Both the position numbers and the translations under genes were made by a program. Positions 1 through 13,192 of a stretch of 64,000 nucleotides of DNA are shown one piece after another. The stretch spans positions 6,138,001 through 6,202,000 of the forward strand of contig NC_043005.1 in NCBI RefSeq assembly GCF_006345805.1, read 5' to 3'. The notes below the pieces were generated by a model. It did not search any database. It was not told the DNA's origin and worked only from the letters and a program-made list of their open reading frames with translations. Numbering within the stretch: the first letter of the stretch is position 1; every line of letters begins with the position of its first letter. This DNA is from Octopus sinensis (lineage: Eukaryota).

Positions 1-139
1 GTGATTAGAAGAACAATTATTCAAAATCAGGTAACGAATTAAGGTAGATTTTCTAATGAGCTAACAGTTGTACCAGCTCACCATGCTAATAACATAGAAA
101 ATAATATTGAAAATATGGAACCATGATGTTGTTACTTAC

Positions 140-229
140 CCAAGAATGATGATATCTGCTGCAGCCTTAACTGGAATGCTGACATTATGGAAATTATTGT
201 GAATATCTTGCTTTTCTTCTTTGTTGGAA
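140..229 (-). CDS. Integrin alpha exon, 90 nt: (C)[29 protein letters not shown](G)
   Basis: ttccacag|T...GG|gtaagt; end of calf-1. Confidence 0.92.
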
Positions 230-1656
230 CTGTGGAAGAGAAATTCATAGAAATTAATAGAGAAAGCAAAAATGAAATTGGTAAAAAGAGAAATCCCAAC
301 AAAATAAACCCCTACAGCCGAAACTAAGAGGAGAGGCAGACATGTTGAAGGGTCATTCAGCTTCAACTCTGTCCAGAACTTGTGTGTGAATATGAGTGTG
401 TGCAAATGTGTGTGTGTGTGTGGGGGGGGGGGAATGTATGCGTGTATGTGAATGTGTGTGGGTGAATGTGTGTATTTTCCTTTCTATCGTTCAACCACCA
501 TCACCATCTCATAAGTATGTGTTCCTCTCACCTTACTTTATCCTCCCTCACCACCACCACCCTGCTCCTAGAAGTATTGCACCCTTTCTCTTCTGTTCCT
601 GTTCAGCTATAAGGTCCACTTTAAGCCCCTAGTCATGCAATTTGCAAGTTAATATCACTAGTACGAGTACCATGTAAAAAGAAAGTCACCCAGTCCTGCT
701 TCCTGTAAAGCTGTAGAAACCAATCCAAAACAGATATCAGCACACGACGTAGTCTTTTGACATGTTGGACCCCATCAAACTATCCAACTCGTGTAAACAC
801 GGAAGATAGGACATTAAAAGATGATGGTGAATCATGTGGGAGAGCAGAGCCCATGGCATTTTGTAGGGGTCTCTGAGAGTAACAGGAGGGAGTGATGGAA
901 GGAGGAGGATATTTTCAAACCAGAGACTTGACCCAAACACTTACAACAGAGTGCTCAAACTAAAGGTACCAGATTTGTACACTGAATGGAAAGAGGTGGA
1001 ACAAATACCACAAGGTACCCTGGTCTGATAGTCTTTCAGTACCACCAATTCTAAGGTGCATGCCTTAGCTGTTAAGGTGTTGGATTCATGAACCTAAGAT
1101 TGAGTTTTTGATTCCTAGACTGGGTAATGTGTTGTGTTCTTGAGCAAGACACTCCATTTCATGTCATTCCAGTCTTCTCAGCTGGCAAAAATAAAAAAAA
1201 TAAATAAAACTGATCTGCAACAGATCAGTTTTCTGTCCAGGAGAGAATGTATGAGCCTTGGAAACTGACCCCTGTGAACCTATAGGACCCAAGAAGGATC
1301 TCTACCACCAATTCACTGCCTTAGATTGGTATTTCTTATTGGCCCTAAAACAATGAAAAATAAAGTTGACTCCTGTGGGATTTGCAGTAAGTTGGGATAA
1401 ATACCACAAGGTATTTTATCTGATGCACTAACAAATCTGCCATGCTGTCACCTAAAATTGGTGTATGTATGTGTGTGTGTGTGTGTGTGTGTGCACATCT
1501 TTGTGTTTGCCTATGACTCACACCACTTGAGAACTGGTTTTGACTTAGCAGTTGGGCAAAAGAAATCACTAGATTAAGTATATGACTTAAAGTAAGTGGA
1601 AGGTAGGTCAGAGGGAGAAAGATGAGGAGTGATGAGGAGGCAGCAAAGAAGCTGTT

Positions 1657-1712
<56 letters not shown>

Positions 1713-4700
1713 GTGAGAGAAAAGGAGTCAGAGGGTAAGGGAGCAGCAGGCAAATGTGATGAGAGAAGTAAAGGAGAGAGAGAGACCCTGGAAGGGACCA
1801 TTAGGTCAGTATTCAAGCTCTCGAGGACCATAACCAGCCAAGCTATTCTAGTGGTAGCCTTGAACAGATTGGCTTTTAGGATAATTAAAGTAAATGAATA
1901 ATTAACTACACAGTTATTACCAGTTAACTTGGATTTGGAAATCAAGGAATTTGTTTGATCCATTGACATGTTTTGGTGAGAATTTCATTGTTAAGGAAAC
2001 CTGGAGAAAAAAAAAGAAAAAAAGAATAAAGCTTGTAAACATCATAATTTCATTAGAAGCAATCGGTTGATTAACTTGTTTAATTATTAATCTTTTTTGT
2101 TTCTCTTTTGTTCTATGAAAATGGTAAATCTTTGTTTCAACTGAGAACCATCTTCAGCAGCAGTTCTCAACCATTTTTCTTTTACCTTTGGCCCTCTTTG
2201 ATTACTGTCTTACTCTGGTGGACCCTATTCAGCCATTTGATGTAATTAAGCCATTAAGAAGTAATTTCAAAGAAACTTCTTTCAAAATTCTGAATGGAGG
2301 GGGGGGGGCGTCAGAATCATGCTAAATTATGTAAAACATCTGAGAAAGAAACCGAGTATATTGTTTATTTTTTGTTTCTTTTTTTCAATAAATACAACTG
2401 AAGCAAAACTTTTTCATGGACCTTAAAATACTGCTGTGGATCCTCAATTTACTATTTTGCTTGCATGGAGTCCCAGGGGTCATGGAGACCCTGGTTAAGA
2501 ACCCCTGATCTACAGGAACTAATGATACTGGCAATGTCATGGAGTTATTTTGCAGCCAAGTTATTGTAAGAGGCTTGAATCAAGAAAAGAGGAATTAGGA
2601 TTCAGAGATAGTTGCAAGCATGACTGTGTGGTTAAAAAGGTTTGCTTCAAACCACGTAGGGTTTCAGGTTTAGTCCTACTGAGGGAACACCTTGGGTAAG
2701 TGTCTTCGACCATATCTCAGGGCTGACCCAAACTTTGAGAGTGGATTTGGTAGAGAGAAACTGAAAGAAGTCCATCATGAAATTATTTTACTAAATTCTT
2801 TATTATTTTCAAACTTAACTGCCACAAAAGTGGTGCATGGCATCAAGCGAAATCTGGAACCAAAAGGAATTGAACTGACTTACCTTTTGCTTCTTCTTCA
2901 AAGGGTTGCCCAAATCACATACAACAACATTCACATCCCCACTAACGATGGCTTTGCAACCAACTGAGATTTTCTGGAATGAAATAGAAAACATTTTCCT
3001 CAAATAATGAGAACAGTAAAACTGCATCATCCTCATATAACATCCATTTTTCATGCTGGCATGGGTTGGACAGTTTGACAAGATCTTGGCTAGCCAGAAA
3101 GGCTGCACCAGGCACCAATTGTCTGTCTGGGCATGATTTCTATGGCTGGATCCACTTCCTAATGCCAACCCCTTTACTGGATGCTTTTCATGTGGCACCA
3201 GCATGGGAGCTTTTTATTTGGCACAAGTTGCACAATAATGATAATGCTTTCTGACTGAGGCACAAAGCCAGCGTATTTGAGCAGAGGGAGGTAATTATTC
3301 CATCGAACCCAGTACATGACTGGTACTTATTTTATTGACTCTCAAAAGATGAAAGGCAAATTTGACCTCAGCAGCATTTGAACTCAGAATGTGCAGACAG
3401 ACGAAATTCTACTAAACATTTTGTCCGGAGTGCTAACATTTCAGCCAGCTCGCCACCTTAAATTAGATATGGGATTATAGAATGCATTAGGTAGTGAGTT
3501 TGCTCTTTAAACTTTGACTAAAGTGACTAAAGCTTAAAAAGGACTCACAGCTTTCACATCTTGTATTTTCACATAAGTGACACCTGGTGGCAGAGTTACA
3601 AACAACTGGGTTTCGAATGCATCCTCTTTCTGATTTTCAACTTTAATCTGCATTTCCAAATTTTTGCGATTACCAATAATTTGCTGTGATGATGTTCTGT
3701 AAAATATAAATATAAAAATATAAAAGTTATCATGGCATGAAGATGATGACAATAATGATGATAATGGTAACATGACTTTGCAGAGAGCCATAGTAACTCT
3801 CATTATTCCATACTTCTATAGCATTTTGGGCCTTTATTATATATGTATATAGTTCACCTGAAACAGCTGTCAAGAAAAGACAATTACTCCTTTCATTCGT
3901 TTTTATTTCTTACTAGCAGCTAAGCCCAGTTTCACCCAGTCTGTTTGGATGATGTGGCTGTGATCGTTTTCGGTTAGGCATATGTGAATGAAAATTAAGT
4001 TCAGACCTGTACATGGTAGCTAGACCTGGTAGAAATAGCAGCCAAATCTCCCTCAAAATACCCTACTGTCTTAATCCGACAACTCTGCCTATTATGTAGT
4101 TTGAATGAGAAACTGTAACTAAAGATTAAGGTTACTAACCCCACAAAGAGGTGAAAGAGAGACAGCATAGCGAAAGTTTTGGCTAACTGTCATCCTGTAC
4201 TCCCCTTGTTGCTAGCGAAATGGTATATGCCGGCTGTGTGAGCAACTGATTGTTTTAATGGCGGAACAAACAGGGGAATTCCATTAGAAAAGTTTTAATC
4301 GATTTTCTCAGTAAGTATGGGGGCTAGAAAAAAATACAAACCGCATTCTAATCTATGCAGTCACTCTTTTAAATCCAGTAAGAGTAGAATGTGAGTTAAA
4401 GAGATCAAAATTAAAATCTTCCATCAAAATTTCATGATGGAATTCTGGTTCCAAACACAAACTTAATAATGAGAAATGTTATTTTACCAAAATCTTCATT
4501 AATTTTAAAATTAATTGAAAAAACAAAAAGAAGCAGTGTATGCCAACAGAAATATGGTATCAAAATGGTAAAAATCCTACCTGGGAACATATAAAACAAG
4601 ATCAGGTATACAAATATTATCTGGGCCACAATCTTTCTGAATTTGGATCTGTGAAAGAACAAAACATCAAATTGTAATCAAATTGTAATCGTTAACATCA

Positions 4701-5855
4701 TTGTTATGATTATTATTATTATTAAAAGGCATCTGTGCTGGTGGCACATAAACAGGCACCCACTACACTCTTGGACTGGTTGGCATTTGGAAGGGCATCC
4801 AGCCATAGAAACCAAACCAAATTCAGACTGGAACCCAGTCAAACCATCTAACCCATGCCAACATGGAAAATGGATGCTAAATGATGATGGTGATGATGAT
4901 TACTATCATCATCTCATGTCTTGAAGAGATTCTTGCAAGCTTTTGGTGCCAGATCCAGTGTGCCATTGCGTCTCTATGGTGTGCATAGCATTGGCTTTTG
5001 GGGTGCAGAATTGTGTTTGTATTCTATATTTCTTCTGCTATTTTTTTGTAGATGTTTGTGTTGGTTCATTAAACCCTAATGGTTTAATCCTGCTAGTGAT
5101 TCCATAGTTACCAACCAGGTGAAGGGGTTTTCTTTTGGATAGGGTTTAAAATGCTTCTGTATGTATGTGTGCATGCAGTATAATCCCAGGTCTGCTGGAT
5201 CAGATCCACTCTTCAACCAGACAATGGCAGCCTTTAAAGTTCTGTTAGGGGTGGAAAACACAATTACATCATTGCTATAATTATTGTTTCTACTTTAAGC
5301 ACAAGTTCTGAAATTTTGTGGAGAGGAGCAAGGCAATTACACTGGCCCCCAGAGCTCAACTGGTGCTTGTTTTAGCAACCCCAAAAGGCGGAAAGGTGAA
5401 GTTGACCTCCGTAGAATCGTCTTTGGCATAATGATAATAATGATAATAATAATAGTAAAACTAGTGTGAAAAAAATGATTAGATTTATGGAAGCTGGCCT
5501 TACCGTTGAGATTTTCGTCTCTGATGTGTATTTATTCAAGATTGGGGTAAGTTCTCGCTTTTTTCGTTTTGTAGCCTGAACAATCCTATATTCCAAGCTC
5601 ACACCAACAGGAGTCAATTTGTCTCGTATATTTTCCTTAAAAGATAAACAAAAATAAAGAAACCTGTTTTATATATATATATATATATATATGAACGTGT
5701 GCATTCACACATACATATTGATAAACATTTTACAAATACAAGTAAATGCTTCACTGCAAAACTTTACTAAAGTGCTCAATGAATTTGTCTATATTATTGC
5801 AACTCATACTGAATTCAAAGCTATTTATTCAAGAAATCAAATTAAGGCACATATT

Positions 5856-5889
<34 letters not shown>

Positions 5890-6263
5890 ACTCCAAGAAA
5901 GTTAGAGGTTGTGAATCCAACCCACTAAGGGATAATATCTATCCAATATACTGCTAGTAGAATACCCAAGTATTAATACACAAGTGGTTTTTTATTACTA
6001 AATATATATATATATAATCATCTTGCTACAGTCAAAATTTGTGAAGCATGACTGTCACCACTACTACATGAACCTGAAGATTGCAGAATTTAATGCATGA
6101 AAGTACTAGTTTAATCAGAATGAACATTTAACATTCTACTATTTTATTTTATTATATTATATTATCTTATATCATTATAAGATTGTAAATAAAACGTGAA
6201 AATCAGACAAGGTTGGAATTCCTTTTATTAATATATTCTTCTATACACAATCATACACACCCG

Positions 6264-6298
<35 letters not shown>

Positions 6299-7029
6299 AT
6301 ATATAGGTTATGTTTAAAATAAAAATTTAGATAGAAGACTTTAAATTGTAATATCTAAATTTTGTTTTGGGTATGTTCCTGGTGTGCCTTGAGAGCAAGT
6401 TCACCACATGTGGCTACCAAGCATCACCCACGGTACTGCACTTTAGTCACAGGATCCACACAAGGAATTCCTCGGTGCATGTTTAGTATATATTAAATAA
6501 TTGATAGGGAAGACAAAGTACTGTAAGTTTTATTTAGGCACAGGAGTGGCTGTGTGGTAAGTAGCTTGTTTACCAACCACACGGTTCCGGGTTCAGTCCC
6601 ACTGCATGGTACCTTGGGCAAATGTCTTCTACTATAGCCTCGGGCTGACCAAAGCCTTGTGAGTGGATTTGGTAGATGGAAACTGAAAGAAGGCCGTTGT
6701 GTGTGTGTGTGTGTATATGTTTGTGTGTCTGTGTTTGTCCCCCCCCGCACCATCGCCAGACAATCGATGTTGGTGTGTTTACGTCCCCGTAACTTAGCAG
6801 TTCAGCAAAAGAGACTGATAGAATAAGTACTAGGTTTACAAAGAATAAGTCCTGGAGTCGATTTGCTCGACCTAAGGACGGTGCTCCAGCATGGTCACAG
6901 TCAAATGACTGGTCTTACATTTGCTCTAGGGAACCGTGCAGATGTAAGTGAAAATGATTGTCATGCTAAATAAAGCTTACAGGTACACTCTGTCATCCGT
7001 ATCAACTATTTAATACACACACACACACG

Positions 7030-7074
<45 letters not shown>

Positions 7075-7098
7075 GTATATATATATATATATATACAC

Positions 7099-7148
<50 letters not shown>

Positions 7149-10100
7149 ATATATATATATATAAAGTTAATCCAAACATGAAAACACAAAAAAAAAAACA
7201 CAACAACGCGAGGACATGGAACAAGTATAGTATTATTGGATGATCAGGAAAGGAAAGAAAGAAGGAGGATTTAACGCGTTGAGCGGAGCTCTTCGTCAGA
7301 AACATAGAAAAAAGGAAAGATCCAAGGAAGGGAAGATGGAGGGAGAAAAATCGCCAACGATACACACACACACACATATATATATTGGTGCTATTATGCA
7401 AAAGTGTTGTAAGTCCAAAATGTCGCTTTTTCAGAAAACAAAAAATAGTTTCACCATTCCATAACAAACTGTTGTCCTAGACTTTGACAATTTTTGATAT
7501 CTTTTTTGCATCTGAAGCAGCTGAAGATACAATAGTTTGACCAAAAGAACTGACAATTGCAAGCAAAAATATATATTGAAAAAAAAAATGCATTTGACCA
7601 AGTTTGGACATACAACAGTTTAACATAATAGCAACAATACACACACACACATATATATGGGGAGAGAGAGAGGGAGTGAGACATACACATACACCCGCAG
7701 AAGAGAAAGCAAGTCAACCCCCGACACTGAGAGCATCAACGGATTGATGAATGCGCATCCAGGCTCAGCGGTTGCGTTGGAAGAAGTCGGGGACAGGAAA
7801 CAGGAAGAAAGAGTGAGAGAAAGTTGGGGCGAAAGAGTACAACAGGGGTCGCCACCACCCCCTGCCAGAGCCTCGTGGAGCTTTAGGTGTTTTCATTCAA
7901 TAAACACATACAACGCCCGGTTTGGGAATTGAAACCGCAATCCTCCGACCGCGAGCCTGCTGCCCTAATCACTGGGCCATTGCACCTCCACTTGGTGCAG
8001 CTGTTGTCTCTCCAGACCTCAGTCAAACCATCCAACCCATGCCAGCATGGAAAATGGACGTTAAATGATGATGATGATGATGATGTATAATCAATTGGTT
8101 GTCCATAAATAAAAAAGACATTCACGGTCAGTTTAAGGAATAGAGCGAACCCAGCCATGCCAGATCTTAAGCAAATAGAATACCTTGAGATAAGCCTGGT
8201 GTCGGACAGATTTGGCTTCACCTTTTACTAAAAGGAATGTTTGAGTCTTTGAGATCTCATTGCCAGCTTCCAAGTAATAAACTCTGTGAGTTTTGTTATT
8301 CAAGGCATCTAAGGTCCATTTTACTTCCAAACCTTTGAAAAAAGAATCAAACAAGTAAGGAAAATAAATATAAATATAAATATACATAAATAAATATAAA
8401 TATATAAATAAAAAGGCAGTTTTTGTTGTTCTCTTTTTTGTTAGTTTATTCGTATTTTACATAATTTTTCTCATCGTTACAGGAATTAAATGAAGGGTAT
8501 TTTTTTTAAAGTAATTATTTTTCCAGCTGTCAACTCTTTTAACTCTTGGCTTGTCATATTCATTTGTTTTTGTCATTTTTTCCCATTTATTTTAATTTTA
8601 TCCAATGTTATTTGAATTAACACAAAAACTATTTTTATTGTAGTGTTTTATAGTTGTTTCTTTTTTATTGTAGCTCTATTCTTCTGCTACAACTGTTGTT
8701 TATTAATTTTGAAATTTGAAGAAATTATCTTTTTTTCAGGCATAAACCAGTGGAAAAACAAATGAATGAATTTATCTAACAACCCACTACAAACTATGTT
8801 TCTTCATCTTGGTCCCTCAACTATCAATGGGGTCATAGGGGCTGTTGTCATGGAACACTGTACATCAGTCCCAATCTAATGCAGTTGTGTGCCAGAGCTT
8901 ATGCTTCCGATAAAGATTTTCTTGATGTTGTTCCTCCATCTTTCCCTCAGTTCCCACTCCTTCGTCGTTTCTTGAAGAACGGTCTTTGGAACGCCATTGG
9001 ATCTTTTTATATATGGCTATAATACCTCAGTTCTTCTTTTCTTTTATCATTCTGAGAAAATCCATCTTTCTTCTTTACATAGAAGTAAACAGGGTTTTTG
9101 TCAGCCAGGTAAACTGGAGTAAGCAGAGTTATATTCCTTGTTGAAATTATCATTATTTTAGGTTTATTTTTGCTTGCTTTTGTGAGATGGGTCTTATTGC
9201 ATCCTAATATGGTCGTCAACAGCAAGACTAAAGAATTCCTCTTCTTCTGTATGGGCATCTTTCTCTTCATAGTTACTGCTCTCCTTGACACGCTGCCTGC
9301 ATATTGGCTTGCAGAGGTCATGTCTTGCATTTATTCCTTCCATTTTTGGTATGGACTTGTCTATCTTAGGATACTGGATACTTCCCAAAATAGTGTATTC
9401 TTAGTTCATACTACTGAGTATGAAAATATCCCATGAGCTACATGTGCAATAGACTGTAATTTCTATCCAGGAAGAGAAACAGCATGGCACAAGTAGCCAT
9501 CATGATGGAAACTACTACAAGTTCTCACAGACCAGGGAAAACAGGTACCAAACTCCACTGGGGTGAGGAAATGGTGAAAGATCTTGCCTACCATATTTTA
9601 TGGCATACAGGTTGATGTAGTACATAATGTAAACATTTAATGTGAACACTCAAACATTGTCACAACCTTTCTAAATCCTGCCGTGTTTCACATGGAATTT
9701 CTGATCCTCCAGATTAATCTTGGAGAATAATAAACTGATCTGTGGCCTTTTTGTATGCTGGGAAATACAGTCCATTAGGTTTAATGACCAGAAACTCTTG
9801 GTTCTGTAATTCAAATTGGCCCAAGAACATTTCAACATTGAACACAACTACAATTACAGCTATTTGTTAATGAATTATAGGAAATCAATGAGTAATAATT
9901 AAAACACATCATAATTATCTTATTTACTACATGCATTAATCATTTAGATCAGTGGTTCCCAACCAAGGTCCATATCCCCCTTGGGGTTCCATATAAGAGT
10001 TCATTGTTAAAGTTCCAGAGCAAAGGATCATTATATTTGTATAATACACAAAGTATTTCAACAATTTTTTATCCAATTCCTAATTTAATAATAATAAAAT

Positions 10101-12898
10101 ATAACAGGATTTCTCTTAACATGGGGGTCCAGTAGAGTAAAATAGGAATCAAAAGGGGCCACAGGCAAAAAGGGGCTGAGAACCACCAATTTAGAGATAA
10201 ACCCTTTCTGGATTCAACCAAATCATTAAATTAGCAATTTAAAAATTTTATTAGAACAAAAATTAAAACTTACGCAGCTTAGGTGGTAAATTTATTCCAC
10301 CGTAACGCAATTCTGTATGTATTTGCATGCTAGAAATGAAAGAGGAAAGAATTATATTAGAAATTGTTACAGACTGGAGAATAAAAACTCTTTGCATAAA
10401 ATGTCCATTTCATGCAAGGTTTCTAAAAGATATCTTTATGTCATTTGCAAACAACTCACATACTGGACACTAGCAGACTTTTGAGGTCATCAGGCTAGAA
10501 TGTGCACCATTTTGAAACCTTCTTCTTGGTGGAATTATTGTATACTGGACCCTGAGACAAGGCCCTACTTGCTAGATCGGCTGGTTACTAAGCTTCACCC
10601 AGTAAACGTCTTGCCATTGCTCCTAATCTTGTTTTAACCAAATCCAGTCACTTGTCTCCTCCACTGTGGCTTCGATATTACTCATGGTGGTCTTTATGTT
10701 GAGTTAGGCCTAGGGACAACAGCCATCGGTTCATATCACTTCCAAGGAGTCCTCTACATCCAACTTCAATTGGACAATGTTCCACTTTCCAATAAAACCT
10801 TTGCTACTGTTTGTGAATGAAACAATCCCTCGGTAGCTCATAGCATACTATCACTGATGGTTTTAGGTCCCTATATAGTCACGAAGTAACTCAGACACCT
10901 GCTTCCCTCTCTGACCTTTGACCCCGTAAATCATCAAGGATGCATCCTGTTCCAGTACTTGGCTGCTAATCCTTTTCATCTGAGTGGAGTGAAGCAACAT
11001 GAAATGAAGTGCCTTGCTTAAGAACACAATGCACTGCCAAGTCCAAGAATCGAATCTATGACACATTAACCACTAAACCACACACACACACACCTTCATA
11101 CAATTTCATACACCCATGTCTTTATATACATTATATCGTACACATACAAGATTTGATTCTTATCTGTCACAAAATGTTTGAAGCCTTCAAGTGTTATCCC
11201 AGAGACCACTGATCATCATCATCATCATCATTTAATGTCTGTTGTCCATGCTGGCATGAGTTGGAATGGTTTGACCAGGGTTGGTAAAACTGGAAGGTTG
11301 CACCAGACTCCTGTCTAATTTGACATGGTTTTCTACAAATAGATGCCCTTCCTAACGCCAACCGCTCCGAGAATGTAATGGGTGCTTTTATGTGCCACCA
11401 GCATGGGTGCCATTTGTGTGACATCGGTATCTGTCATGACTACGGTTTTGCTCAACTTGATGGGTCTTCTTCTCAAGCTCAACATAATGCCAAACATCTC
11501 AGTCATTGCCTCTCAGAGGTCCAACACTCGAAAGGAACTTAGCTCTTTGCCTCTGTGAGGCCTAACACTCAAAAGGGACTCAGCCAATTTCCCTTAGTGA
11601 AGCCCAATTCTCGAAAGGAACTTAGCTCTTTGCCTCTGTATGGCTCAATGCTTGAAAGGATTATAATAAAGATTATTGGGATAATGTAAATTAATAGAGA
11701 AAATTATTATCCATCCAAAATGTAACAGTCATCACTCACTCTGTCCTTCCATCTACAGAAGGACTTTAATTATAATGTATTGAAGAATTAACTACATACC
11801 AGGTCCTGGGGTTTCCATTCAATAATCGACAGGTTTTCTGTTCCAGATTTATCAACTGAGGATCCAGGTTTAATTCAGTTTGGACAGAAACTACAGGACG
11901 TGCTCTAAAAAAAAAAAAAAGAGTAACATTAGTATTGGTCTGAAAGTTTGGCACAAGGCCAGCAATTTTGGGTGAGGGGATAAGTTGATTACAATGGCTC
12001 CACTGCTCAGCTGGTACCCATTTTAGCAACCCTGAAAGGAAGATAGGCAAAGTCGACTTTGGCAGAATTTGAACTCAGAACTTAATGAGGGACAAAATAC
12101 CACTAAGCATTTTGCCCAATGTGCTAACGATGTGGCCAGCTTTCTGCCTTAGAATAACATTAATATTTCATTTTTAGATTTGGTTTGCAAGATTCTTTAT
12201 ATGGGTTCATGTGTTGAAGCATATTCTGTTGTGTCTGTAAAATTTCCACTTATTCCTTATATTTTTTTTCCTAAAATTTTCGTTGCGTCTTGCAAACTTT
12301 TCAATAGTCTGAGTCAATAGTCTTGAAAAGGTTGCAAGACGCAACGAAAATTTTAGGAAAATAAAAATAAGAAAAAAGTGGAAATTTTACCGGTGAGTTT
12401 GTTACATAATAAGGCACAAAAAGAAAATGACTCTCCCCACACACAACAGAACATTAATATTGACTTCAAAGTTTGACACAAGGCCAGCAATTTTAGAGGA
12501 GGAGATAAGTTGATTACTCTGACCCCACTGTTCAACTGATGCTTATTTTATTGACCTCAAAAGGATGAAAGGCAAAGTTGACCTTGGCAGAATTTGAACT
12601 CAGAACATAAAAATGGACAAAATACCACTCAGTATTTTGTCAGGCATGGTAACAACTCTGCCAACTCATCACCTTAGAGTAGCATTAATAGCTGATGGGC
12701 CCCATCACTAATGCATGAGTAATATTAATGTTAAGGGGTGATATATATATAGGGGGCTTCTTTCAGTTTCCATCTAGCAGATCAACATACAAGGCTTTGG
12801 TTAGCCAAGGAGGGGAGTAAGACTGAAGCGATGAACACATGGCTGGAAAGCAAGCTTCTTCACCATGCATTCATGTTTGTGCTTTTACCATGCATGCA

Positions 12899-12946
<48 letters not shown>

Positions 12947-13148
12947 GGGGGAGAGTTTACGAAAAAAACAAAAGATGAAGACAGGTAGTGTACAAAACAA
13001 ACAGATGTATTAGTATAAGACTCAGGAATAGAAAAAAGTATTTTATGTTTCGAGCCTACGCTCTTCTACAGATAGGACACAGAAAAAACAAGGAGAGAAA
13101 CAAGGAGAGAAAAAAATGTGTGTAGTGGCTAACAATCTATCATGGTAT

Positions 13149-13192
<44 letters not shown>

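Noticed and set aside
10470-10498. CTGATGA flanked by a ctagc/gctag stem (minus strand)
   Set aside because: No stem II and no GAAA; not a complete hammerhead.
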